The notes below the pieces were generated by a model. That model was given only the letters and a program-made list of their open reading frames with translations, ran no database searches and was not told where the DNA came from. A DNA stretch of 64,000 nt from Candidatus Beckwithbacteria bacterium GW2011_GWC1_49_16 (GTDB lineage: Bacteria; Patescibacteriota; Microgenomatia; UBA1400; CG1-02-47-37), in contig CP011210.1 in assembly GCA_001029675.1 (NCBI GenBank), positions 777,280 to 841,279 on the forward strand. Direction: 5' to 3'. Position numbers and translations under genes: made by a program. This document shows positions 9,981 through 18,737 of the stretch, in pieces (position 1 is the stretch's first letter; every line of letters starts with the position of its first letter).

Positions 9981-10511
9981 ATGAAGACTACAATTAAACT
10001 AGCCAGCCTTAAAGACCTGAAAAAATATACCGATTTACTACAGCAAACATATCAGTCTGCCTACACTAATGAAAAGCTTGGCTTAACGGCTGATTGTTTC
10101 TCTAAAGAAATATTTGCCACCGATAACACTCAAGATTATTTAAAGTCTCATCTTATCAACAATCACAGCCAGAAAACCTGGCTTGCTTTTAAAGATCATG
10201 TGCTTGTTGGTTCCATTACCTGCATTCTTGAAAACGACGACGAAGCCGAGCTAACTGGCTTCTATGTACATCCAGACTATCAAGGACAAGGGGTCGGTAA
10301 AAAACTTTACCGCCAAGCGTTAGAATTTTCTGGGAACAAAGACTTCGTCCTTGATATTTATACTCACAATACAAAAACCGTTAAAATGTATGAGAAGTGG
10401 GGTTGGGTTTTAGATGTATCTCGTGGTGACAATGGCTATTTTTATAGACATTGGCCAGAATGGCCAAAAGGATTGAAAGCCAAGGCAATGTATATGAGGT
10501 TAAAACGATAA
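9981..10511 (+). CDS. GNAT-family acetyltransferase
   Basis: YVHPDYQGQGVGKKL acetyl-CoA-binding motif; AT-richer than flanks. Confidence 0.88.
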   Translation: MKTTIKLASLKDLKKYTDLLQQTYQSAYTNEKLGLTADCFSKEIFATDNTQDYLKSHLINNHSQKTWLAFKDHVLVGSITCILENDDEAELTGFYVHPDYQGQGVGKKLYRQALEFSGNKDFVLDIYTHNTKTVKMYEKWGWVLDVSRGDNGYFYRHWPEWPKGLKAKAMYMRLKR

Positions 10512-10518
10512 TATAGCT

Positions 10519-11352
10519 ATGCCAACGTGGGTGGTGATGGCGTTTGCGGGAGGGTTTTTGTCGAACCTGGCTTTTTTTGTCACCAGAAAAGCTTTGAAAG
10601 AAGAGGACCCGACGGCTTTCGGCTGGTGGTTTGAGGTGATGCGGCTGGCGGCTTTTAGCGCTTTGGCTTGGTTTAACTTTAAGCTTGAGCTAAGCCCGGC
10701 GGCATTTTTCTGGCTGGCGGCCTTGGGAGTGACGGAAATAGCGGCGATGTACTCTTTTGCCAAGATGCAGAGCTTGACGGAACTGTCGGTGGCCAGCATT
10801 GTGTCCCGCTTGCGGCTGGTGTGGGTGCCTTTAATCGCCTTGGCGGTTTTGGGAGAAAGACTGGCAGTAAGCGAATACCTGGGGATAGCTTTGTTGTTTT
10901 TGGGGTTGTCGGTGGTGGCCTCGCCCAGGAGAATCAGGAACGACTCGGGAATAAAGTACGCCCTGTTTTTTTCGGTGACGGCGGCGGTCAACTCGGTGCT
11001 GATGAAACGAGGTGCCGCTTTTGCCTCGACGCCGGTACTCTTGGCGGCGATGAGCCTGCCGGCCATCTTGGCTTTCCCGGCTTTAATGAAAAGCTCGAAA
11101 ATAAGAATTGCGGCCTCGTTTAAAAAGAGGATTAAGGCCAACCTGGTGTTTTTGGCGTTTAACGTGGTGTCGATGTATCTTTTCGTCGAGGCTTTGAGGG
11201 TCGGCCCTGCCAGTAAAGTGGTTGGTTTTTACCAAAGCATGCTGATTATAGCGGTGATTTTGGGAATTGTGGTCTTAAAAGAAAGAGAGCGGATTGTTAA
11301 AAAAGTCGCCGGAAGTTTGTTGACCCTGGTAGCCATTTGGCTACTGGTTTAG
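10519..11352 (+). CDS. EamA/DMT-family transporter, paralog of 9122..9961
   Basis: About 10 TM segments; shares WWFE..RL and TELS motifs with the upstream EamA. Confidence 0.82.
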   Translation: MPTWVVMAFAGGFLSNLAFFVTRKALKEEDPTAFGWWFEVMRLAAFSALAWFNFKLELSPAAFFWLAALGVTEIAAMYSFAKMQSLTELSVASIVSRLRLVWVPLIALAVLGERLAVSEYLGIALLFLGLSVVASPRRIRNDSGIKYALFFSVTAAVNSVLMKRGAAFASTPVLLAAMSLPAILAFPALMKSSKIRIAASFKKRIKANLVFLAFNVVSMYLFVEALRVGPASKVVGFYQSMLIIAVILGIVVLKERERIVKKVAGSLLTLVAIWLLV

Positions 11353-11368
11353 ATTGGCTAGATAATAT

Positions 11369-11445
11369 CATGTTAAGCTTGACATGTGTTTAACATAATG
11401 TTAACATGTTAAGTGTTTATATATATTTAACATGTTGTTAACATG
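11369..11445. promoter_or_regulatory. Cluster of overlapping palindromes upstream of the Fic gene, candidate operator array
   Basis: CATGTTAAGCTTGACATG, ATGTTAACAT, TTAACATGTTAA, AACATGTT and TGTTAACA within 77 bp; contains TTGACA. Confidence 0.55.
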
Positions 11446-12831
11446 AATATGAAAAAACTTAAAAAGCTTAAATTGTCCCCACCGCTAAATTTCAAGTTAA
11501 GAAAACCCGACCTGAATAAAATTAACAGACAAAAGGTAATTAATGCCCTGGAAAAGAACCCGACCAAGTATAGAAAGATTTTGGAAAAAGCCAATGAGCC
11601 TCAATATCTTTACTGGACTAAGTTTAAGTATAAAATTCGAGATGATGTTTTAAGTCCAGAAGAACTGTGGTACTTGGTACGACAGTTTAGAAATATTTCA
11701 GCAACAGAGAGTCTTATAAAGGCCGAAAACAGCGATAACTTTAAATGGTTAAGATTGCCGTCTACCGAAGAATATCTACATTCAGTCGATATGATGGCCG
11801 GAGGGCAATTACTCCCCTATCCCAATATTCTTTCTCAATCTAATCAACAAACCTTTATTAGTCGAGGAATAATCGAAGAGGCGATTGCTTCCAGCCAACT
11901 GGAAGGAGCTCATACTACAAGAGCCGCGGCCAGGAAAATGATTATTGAAAAAAGAAGCCCTCGGAATGCGTCCGAGAGAATGATTCTTAATAATTATAAA
12001 GCAATAAATGCTATTGAGGAGAATTATAAAAACCAAGAACTTTCTCTAGATTTGCTATTTGAGCTACATCGAATCTTAACCAGAGACACTATTAATAAAA
12101 CTGAGCAAAATCGCTTGAGGGAAAACAGCGATGAAATAGTGGTTCAGGGCGAAATAGACCAAGAACAGTTTATTACTCACCTACCTCCAAGTGAAAATTT
12201 TGTTAGAGAAGAAATTAAAAGGCTAATCGACTACGCTAACGACCAAATGGGACAAAAGTTTACACATCCGATAACTAAGGCTATCTTTCTACATTTTTGG
12301 ATTGGGTATCTTCATCCTTTCACAGATGGCAACGGAAGGTTAGCCAGAGCCTTATTCTATTGGTATCTTTTGAAAAAGGGTTACTGGACATTCATGTTTT
12401 TACCCATTTCAACGGTAATTAAAAAATCCCCAAGCCAATATGCCCTAGCTTACATTTACAGCGAGCAAGATAATTTGGATATTACTTACTTTTACGATTT
12501 TCATATAAGAAAGGTTTTACAAGCGGTTGAAGATTTTAAGATATATTTAGGTTCAAAAATTAAAGAAAATCAAGAGGTAGATAAGATAATCAGTAAAAAA
12601 GTTACTTTAAATGAAAGGCAAAAACAGTTGGTCCATTATTTTATCTCTGATCCTAATCCTTCAACGACAGTTTCGTCCCACTCAACGCTAAATAATATTT
12701 CTCGTCAAACTGCGGCAAAGGACCTTAAGGTAATGGAGGCAGATAAGTTGCTGTACGCAAAACGGGAAGGAAAATATGTCCGTTACTACCCGGCAAAAAC
12801 CTTACTAGGCTTGTGGGGTGAAAGAAAATAA
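11443..12831 (+). CDS. Fic-domain protein with C-terminal winged HTH
   Basis: Canonical HPFTDGNGRLAR; inhibitory-type SSQLEG; C-terminal ISRQTAAKDL helix; AT-rich. Confidence 0.92.
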   Translation: MNMKKLKKLKLSPPLNFKLRKPDLNKINRQKVINALEKNPTKYRKILEKANEPQYLYWTKFKYKIRDDVLSPEELWYLVRQFRNISATESLIKAENSDNFKWLRLPSTEEYLHSVDMMAGGQLLPYPNILSQSNQQTFISRGIIEEAIASSQLEGAHTTRAAARKMIIEKRSPRNASERMILNNYKAINAIEENYKNQELSLDLLFELHRILTRDTINKTEQNRLRENSDEIVVQGEIDQEQFITHLPPSENFVREEIKRLIDYANDQMGQKFTHPITKAIFLHFWIGYLHPFTDGNGRLARALFYWYLLKKGYWTFMFLPISTVIKKSPSQYALAYIYSEQDNLDITYFYDFHIRKVLQAVEDFKIYLGSKIKENQEVDKIISKKVTLNERQKQLVHYFISDPNPSTTVSSHSTLNNISRQTAAKDLKVMEADKLLYAKREGKYVRYYPAKTLLGLWGERK

Positions 12832-12849
12832 ACTAAAATTAAATGACTT

Positions 12850-13461
12850 ATGGAGTTTGATAAGCTGGTAGTATCTTTTTTGGTCGATGAGGTGGTCGGC
12901 GGCTTTTTTGTCAACGTGCCGCCCGGGCACGTCGCCTGCATCCACGACCTCGGGCGGGGGGTATTAAAAAAAGTCTGGGGGCCGGGGCTGCACCTTAAAA
13001 TCCCCTTTTGGCAGAGGGCGAAGCTGTTTAACTCGCAAATCCTGGAATACTTAATCCGCCACGATTTTGATTTATCTCACAGCGAGTCTTTGGGCGACGA
13101 GGCGATTGTCAGCAAAACCGCCGACAAGCATAACCTTCAGGTGGAGGGATCGATACTGCTTAAAATCGACAAGAGCCGGGCCAACGAACTTTGGGAAACG
13201 ATCGGCGACGACTTTGTCTCCAAAATTGTCCGGCCGGTATCCCGAAGCCGGCTTCGCTCGGTACTATCGGAAGTGACGCTGGAACAGATTACTACTTACA
13301 GGACTCAAGTCGAAGAAAAAATTAAAAAAGAATTGAACCAGGTCTACGCTCAATCGGGAATTATCTGCGATGGGTTTTTACTAAGCGAAGTCAAAGAATT
13401 AGGCGATCTTGATAAAACTTCTGACGACAAGGTGCTGTTTTCTAAACAAAAGCAATCTTGA
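12850..13461 (+). CDS. SPFH/band 7/prohibitin-domain protein
   Basis: VPPGHV..GPGLHLKIPF, KIVRP..RS.LR pattern. Confidence 0.8.
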   Translation: MEFDKLVVSFLVDEVVGGFFVNVPPGHVACIHDLGRGVLKKVWGPGLHLKIPFWQRAKLFNSQILEYLIRHDFDLSHSESLGDEAIVSKTADKHNLQVEGSILLKIDKSRANELWETIGDDFVSKIVRPVSRSRLRSVLSEVTLEQITTYRTQVEEKIKKELNQVYAQSGIICDGFLLSEVKELGDLDKTSDDKVLFSKQKQS

Positions 13462-15796
13462 GGACTTGGTCTAGGTGGTCGACGAACCGGAAAGCAATGT
13501 CTTTTTTGACCAGGTCGGGAATTTCGGTGAGGTCTTTTTGGTTGTTTTTAGGCAGGATGACGGTTTTGATCCCGGCGCGGTGGGCGGCGATGACTTTTTC
13601 TTTGACGCCGCCTATCTCCAAAACCCGGCCGCGCAGGGTAATTTCGCCGGTCATGGCGACGTCTTTTTTAACTTTTCTTTCGGTTAGAGCCGAGATCAAG
13701 GCCGTCGCCATGGTGATGCCGGCCGACGGCCCGTCTTTGGGCACGGCGCCTTCGGGGACGTGGATGTGGACGTCAACTTTGGAGTAAAAGTTTTTATCGA
13801 GTTTGAGCGCTTGCCAGCGGGAACGGGCGTAGGAAACGGCGGCGCGGGCAGACTCCTTCATCACGTCGCCCAATTGACCGGTTAAGATGATCTTGCCGCT
13901 GCCGGGAATGATGGCCACTTCGACGAACAAAACGTCGCCGCCGGATTGGGTCCAAGCCAGCCCGGTAGACAAACCGACGTCGTCTTTTTTCTCGGCCAGC
14001 GGCGGGGTGAATTTCTCCGGACCGAGATAGTCAACCAGGGTTTTGGTGCCGATGGTAAAAGGCCCGCGGCGGTTGGCGGCAATTTTTTTGGCCACTTTGC
14101 GCATGATTTTACTGATTTCTCTCTCCAGGTTCCTGACGCCGGCTTCGCTGGTGTAAGAATAAATGATTTTTTTTAAGGTAGTGGGAGAAATTTTGATCTG
14201 GGATTTTTTCAGGCCGTTGCCCAAAAGGGTTTTTTTGATCAGGTATTTTTTGGCGATTTGTTCCTTGTCGTAGGCGGTGTAGCCGGAAAAGCGGATGACT
14301 TCTAACCGATCTTTCAGGGCCGGCGGGATGGTGTCTAAGACGTTGGCGGTGGTGATGAACATCACCTGTGATAAATCGAAAGGGACCTCGAGATAATGGT
14401 CGGAAAACTCGCGGTTTTGCTCCGGGTCGAGAGCCTCGAGTAATGCCGCCGAAGGGTCGCCTCTGAAGTCGGCGCCGACCTTGTCGATTTCGTCGAGCAT
14501 AAACACCGGGTTGTTGGTGCCGGCGTTTTTGATACCCTGGATGATACGGCCGGGCATGGAGCCGACGTAGGTGCGGCGGTGGCCGCGGATTTCGGCTTCG
14601 TCGCGGATGCCGCCCAAGGACATCTTGATAAACTTCCTGCCTAAGGCCCGGGCGATGGAACGGCCGATAGAGGTCTTACCGACTCCGGGCGGGCCGACGA
14701 AACAAAGGATGGTGGGACCCGCCGGGAGATCTTTTCGACCTTGGGCCAACTTTTTTAATTGCATCACGGCCAGATACTCGACGATTCGCTCTTTGACTTC
14801 CTTTAAAGCATAGTGGTCGTTTTCTAAAATAGTCTCGGCTCTTTTGATGGTGACTTTGTTGGGAGAAGCTTTGCTCCAGGGCAGATCGCAGAGCCATTCC
14901 AGGTAGGTCCTGATGTAGCCTGATTCGGGGTTGTAGGCGTGCATGTCGGAAAGACGTTTTAATTCTTTGAGGGCTTTTACGGTTACGTCTTTGGGCATGT
15001 GGGCCTTTTTGATGCGTTTTTTTAAGTCGACGGATTCTTTGCCCTCTTCTTGTTCGCCTAACTCCTTCTGAATGGTTTTAAGCCGCTCGCGAAGCACGGT
15101 TTCGCGCATGGACTTGTCGAACTTTTTCTGGGTTTTTGAGGCGATAGACCGCTCCAACTCCAAGATTTTTAATTCCCGGGAAAGATAGTCGGAGACCTCT
15201 TCGAGACGCCTTTTGACTTCGTAGGTTTCGAGTAACTTTTGCTTTTTGGCGCTTTCGATATCCAGATTGGTGGCGACTTGGTCAGCCAGCTCTGAAGAAG
15301 AAACGCCGCCCATGATGCGCATAAAAACCATGAAGTCGACTGACTTACCCATGTTGACGGCTTTTTTGAAGTTGGCGGAAACGAGTTTTTGGAGAGCGGA
15401 GATTTCGTCTGACTCCTCGACGACTTCGGGAATTTCTTGGACTTTGGCGACGAGGAAAGGCTCGGTGGCAGACAAAGCGTCTATCTTGACCCGAGCCATA
15501 CCTTTGACCAGGGCGTTAATTTCGCCGTTGGTTTTTAAAATCCGCTCGATGCTGCAGAGGGTGCCCACATGGTAGATGTCTTTGAGCCCGGGCCGGGCAA
15601 CGGTAGGATTTTTTTGGGTGACAAAAACTATAAGGCGGTCGGAACGAAAGGCGGCCTCGACGCCGGCGTTGGAGCGGGGGCGGCCAAAAGTCAAAACCGC
15701 CTCGGTGTGGGGAAAAACCACCCCTTCGCGCAAGGGCACCAAAGGCACGGTTTTCTCCGGCTTGGATTTATTTTGCGGACCCAAGAGTATCGCCAT
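13442..15796 (-). CDS. lon: ATP-dependent Lon protease
   Basis: GPPGVGKTS, RGHRRTYVG, PKDGPSAG catalytic Ser, IGGVKEK. Confidence 0.97.
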   Translation of the reverse strand: MAILLGPQNKSKPEKTVPLVPLREGVVFPHTEAVLTFGRPRSNAGVEAAFRSDRLIVFVTQKNPTVARPGLKDIYHVGTLCSIERILKTNGEINALVKGMARVKIDALSATEPFLVAKVQEIPEVVEESDEISALQKLVSANFKKAVNMGKSVDFMVFMRIMGGVSSSELADQVATNLDIESAKKQKLLETYEVKRRLEEVSDYLSRELKILELERSIASKTQKKFDKSMRETVLRERLKTIQKELGEQEEGKESVDLKKRIKKAHMPKDVTVKALKELKRLSDMHAYNPESGYIRTYLEWLCDLPWSKASPNKVTIKRAETILENDHYALKEVKERIVEYLAVMQLKKLAQGRKDLPAGPTILCFVGPPGVGKTSIGRSIARALGRKFIKMSLGGIRDEAEIRGHRRTYVGSMPGRIIQGIKNAGTNNPVFMLDEIDKVGADFRGDPSAALLEALDPEQNREFSDHYLEVPFDLSQVMFITTANVLDTIPPALKDRLEVIRFSGYTAYDKEQIAKKYLIKKTLLGNGLKKSQIKISPTTLKKIIYSYTSEAGVRNLEREISKIMRKVAKKIAANRRGPFTIGTKTLVDYLGPEKFTPPLAEKKDDVGLSTGLAWTQSGGDVLFVEVAIIPGSGKIILTGQLGDVMKESARAAVSYARSRWQALKLDKNFYSKVDVHIHVPEGAVPKDGPSAGITMATALISALTERKVKKDVAMTGEITLRGRVLEIGGVKEKVIAAHRAGIKTVILPKNNQKDLTEIPDLVKKDIAFRFVDHLDQVLKIAFV

Positions 15797-15822
15797 AAAT
15801 TAGCAGTATAAACGAATGAGTG

Positions 15823-16350
15823 CTAAGAGTCAACTATAGAATTTGGGGCGGCGAAACTTGACAAAGCGTATTCTACCAGCTTCTGGTAGCTTAAAGTTCT
15901 GCTAGTCAGGCCGCCGGTGAGAAAGTCGATAATGCCGCCTTTTCTTTTAATGTTTTTCGTGCCCAGGATTTTATCCATCTCTGGGCCGACTTCTCCGCCG
16001 GCTTTGATTTTTACGGCCAGCTTTTTAGGAATGAGAAAATGCATGCCGCCACCTAAAGACAATACTCTTTTGGAGTCGATAATGGCACACCAGGCGGTGC
16101 AGTACATTTTTCCATCGATGGTAGTAACACCCCCTTCTATGCCTACGGCTATGTCGGCCTGGGCTTGCTTTAGGGCGGCGCGAGCGCGGTTGACGGCGCC
16201 TAGGCGAGTTTGGCGGTCGGTGACTGGCTGTTTGCCCACTCGAGAATCGACCTTAAAGGAAAGATATTTGGCCTTAGGGTAAACGCGCTGAAAAACTTTT
16301 TTGACAGCGTTGACTTTGACCGGATTGGTAGAAGCGATCGCTACTATCAT
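15823..16350 (-). CDS. yjjX: Inosine/xanthosine triphosphatase (YjjX family)
   Basis: ASTNPVKVNAV, GAVNRA, VGIEGG, LTGGLTSR. Confidence 0.85.
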   Translation of the reverse strand: MIVAIASTNPVKVNAVKKVFQRVYPKAKYLSFKVDSRVGKQPVTDRQTRLGAVNRARAALKQAQADIAVGIEGGVTTIDGKMYCTAWCAIIDSKRVLSLGGGMHFLIPKKLAVKIKAGGEVGPEMDKILGTKNIKRKGGIIDFLTGGLTSRTLSYQKLVEYALSSFAAPNSIVDS

Positions 16351-16793
16351 CTTTTTTTTGAATCAATAATTAAAGTCGTCGGGCCGTCGTTGACCAAACT
16401 AACTGCCATGTAGGCGCCAAACTCACCGGTTTTGACCTTTAAGCCGGCAGCTTGCAACCCAGTAATAAAACGGCGGTAGTATTTTTCTGCCTCTTTCGGG
16501 TCGGCGGCGGCAATGAAACTCGGGCGGTTGCCGCGGGCCACATTGCCCGCCAGGGTAAACTGGGAAATGACCAGGATTTCCCCGTTGGCCTCGGTTAAAG
16601 ATAAGTTCATTTTTTGGTTGGCGTCGGGCATGAGGCGCAAGGCGCTGACCTTTTTGACCAAATAGTCAAGGTCGGCGTCGGTGTCGCCGGCGATCACTCC
16701 TAAAAACACCAAGTAGCCGGGGCCGATTTGGCCGACTGATTTGCCGGCGACGGTAACCTGGGCCCGGGTGACGCGCTGGATTAAAGCCAACAT
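16347..16793 (-). CDS. dtd: D-aminoacyl-tRNA deacylase
   Basis: ALIQRV, SQFTL, GNRPSF, NDGP. Confidence 0.95.
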   Translation of the reverse strand: MLALIQRVTRAQVTVAGKSVGQIGPGYLVFLGVIAGDTDADLDYLVKKVSALRLMPDANQKMNLSLTEANGEILVISQFTLAGNVARGNRPSFIAAADPKEAEKYYRRFITGLQAAGLKVKTGEFGAYMAVSLVNDGPTTLIIDSKKR

Positions 16794-16801
16794 ACTTTAA
16801 G

Positions 16802-16836
16802 CGTAATACGTAATCGGTAATACGTAAACCGTAATT
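16802..16836. repeat. Intergenic heptamer tandem repeat (CGTAATA-like, 5 units)
   Basis: CGTAATA CGTAATC GGTAATA CGTAAAC CGTAATT. Confidence 0.85.
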
Positions 16837-17481
16837 TTATGAGAAGCCTGAACAGAGGTCGAGTAAGGCTGTCTCGGGGTTGCGGGCTTTGACCACGGCC
16901 GAAGCCAGGATGACGCCGGCGGCGCCCAAACTTCTCGCCTGGCTTATATCCTGGCCGCTTCTGATGCCGGCGCCGACCAGAACCGGAATTGAGGTGAATT
17001 TAACGACTTTAGCAATGTCGGTAGATTTTTGCGACACAATCGAGACAGTGCCGCCGATAAGCTTGGGGTCCTCGAATGACAATAGGTCAGGCTTTAAAGT
17101 CAGGGCTTTTTTAAACAAAGCCACGGTGTCGACAATAATCAGGGTTTTTAAGTGGTAGTGGCGGCATTTTTGGTGAATGGTTTTGATTTGGTCAAAAGGC
17201 ACCTGGCGTTCGGCGTGATTGATGACCACGCCGGTAGCCCCGGCCAATTTGACTGAATAAGGCGAGGTCCAGCCGAAGTGGCGGTCGGGGTCAATCGGGT
17301 CGACGTGCTGGGCCCAAACTTCAAGGCCGACTTCGCGGACCAAGCGGTAGATGTCGACGGCTTGGGCGATGGGGATGATGGGAACTTTTGTTTTTTGGGC
17401 TACTTTCTTGACCAGGCGGCAGAGGTTGACGGCATTTTCACCAGAGGCCACCCGGTAGGTCTTTAAACTTAAAAAGATCAT
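16837..17481 (-). CDS. tpiA: Triosephosphate isomerase, short archaeal type
   Basis: LKTY, AQHVD, INHAE, FEDPKLIGG, LVGAGI, GVILASAVVKA; 214 aa. Confidence 0.88.
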   Translation of the reverse strand: MIFLSLKTYRVASGENAVNLCRLVKKVAQKTKVPIIPIAQAVDIYRLVREVGLEVWAQHVDPIDPDRHFGWTSPYSVKLAGATGVVINHAERQVPFDQIKTIHQKCRHYHLKTLIIVDTVALFKKALTLKPDLLSFEDPKLIGGTVSIVSQKSTDIAKVVKFTSIPVLVGAGIRSGQDISQARSLGAAGVILASAVVKARNPETALLDLCSGFS

Positions 17482-17487
17482 GGGTTA

Positions 17488-17886
17488 TTATAAACTACAC
17501 TCAAGCTCTGATGCTACAGCGCAGATGTCTTCTTCGAGTAACTCCTCACAGGCGCCGATTTTAATTTTTCTCACCTGTTGGGCAGGCAGGGTTTTAATAG
17601 TTTCGGTGTTTTCTTGAATTATCTTGGTCACTTCCTGGACGATGACTTTGGTGATGGCCTGGGTGGTAGCGCCGGGGTCAATTTGAGTAGGGTCGACACT
17701 GCTGTCACTATCACCTCCCGTGCCGGTATTTTGCGCCAGTTCGGTTTCAATGCCTTTGACCAAAGACGAGTCGGAAAAACGGTTTAATAAATTTGGGGCA
17801 TAAGTTTGGAGGATAATCACCAGCCCTGCCAGACCAAAGCCAAACCAAACCGCCTTGAGTAAGAATTTAGGCTTGAGAAACGTCAT
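17488..17886 (-). CDS. Hypothetical membrane-anchored protein
   Basis: N-terminal TM helix, three C-terminal Cys; ATG at 17886 preceded by TACAAT. Confidence 0.7.
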   Translation of the reverse strand: MTFLKPKFLLKAVWFGFGLAGLVIILQTYAPNLLNRFSDSSLVKGIETELAQNTGTGGDSDSSVDPTQIDPGATTQAITKVIVQEVTKIIQENTETIKTLPAQQVRKIKIGACEELLEEDICAVASELECSL

Positions 17887-17922
17887 ATAGACAGATTGTA
17901 ACATTTTTACTAAACTTAAATT

Positions 17923-18510
17923 ATGAAAAAGTGGCTTACGGCTTTGGCTTTAGCACTGCTCTTGGTCAGCCCGGCAAACGCCTCTCCCAGGGGGATTGAA
18001 GTACAAAACTTAGAAACTTTGAAGGAACGCCTCCAAGAAAGGCTGGAAGAGAGAATCACCACCCGAGAGGAACACCGGGAAGAGCTTGACGACTGGCGGG
18101 CGACGCTATCCGCCAGGCTCAAACAAATTCGAGACGAAAGAAAACTACGATTGGCGGCGCATCTAACCGAGCGGTTTAACCAAATTAATCAAAAATATAC
18201 CGAGCACGTCGCTCGATTGCTTAACCGCATGAGGGCAATTTTGGCTAAACTCGAAACCCGAGTGGAAGAAGCCGGCGGCGACGCGGAAACCGAAGCGGCG
18301 ATTGCGGCGGCTTACTCCGCCATAGCCGAGGCAGAAACGGCCAACGAGACTCAAGCGGCCAAAGAGTACGAGCTGGTATTTGACGACGAGGCCGGCTTGC
18401 GCTCGGCGGCGGCTACGGCCAAACAACTTCTCAAAGACGATCTGGGTGAGTTGCGCGATAAGGTTCACCAGGCCAGGAAAGCGGTGGTGGAGGCGATCAG
18501 AACAGCATGA
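17923..18510 (+). CDS. Secreted alpha-helical/coiled-coil hypothetical protein
   Basis: Signal peptide (MKKWLTALALALLLVSPANA) followed by charged helical sequence. Confidence 0.75.
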   Translation: MKKWLTALALALLLVSPANASPRGIEVQNLETLKERLQERLEERITTREEHREELDDWRATLSARLKQIRDERKLRLAAHLTERFNQINQKYTEHVARLLNRMRAILAKLETRVEEAGGDAETEAAIAAAYSAIAEAETANETQAAKEYELVFDDEAGLRSAAATAKQLLKDDLGELRDKVHQARKAVVEAIRTA

Positions 18511-18737
18511 AAAAAGCCTTGATTTTTTTGGTAGTCGGGTTGGTGGTAGCGGTTTTGGCTTGGGCGTATCTGCCCCGAACCGACGAGACTAAAACCAGAG
18601 GGGAACCAGATTACGCTTCCCAGGGCCTGTCGGAAGACACGGGGCTGACTACGCTGGAGCAGGAAACCAATGAGACGGAAACGCTGGACTTTGAGGCCGA
18701 CCTTAATACCTTGGACCAAGAAATCAACCAATTGTAG
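18507..18737 (+). CDS. Small membrane-anchored hypothetical protein
   Basis: N-terminal TM helix, acidic tail, ATGA overlap with the upstream gene. Confidence 0.7.
   Translation: MKKALIFLVVGLVVAVLAWAYLPRTDETKTRGEPDYASQGLSEDTGLTTLEQETNETETLDFEADLNTLDQEINQL

Noticed and set aside
10500-11141. 213-aa minus-strand ORF and similar antisense ORFs throughout the track
   Set aside because: They overlap well-supported genes on the opposite strand and carry no recognisable motifs
9981-12831. Target-site duplications around the GNAT and Fic genes
   Set aside because: No convincing flanking direct repeats were found by eye
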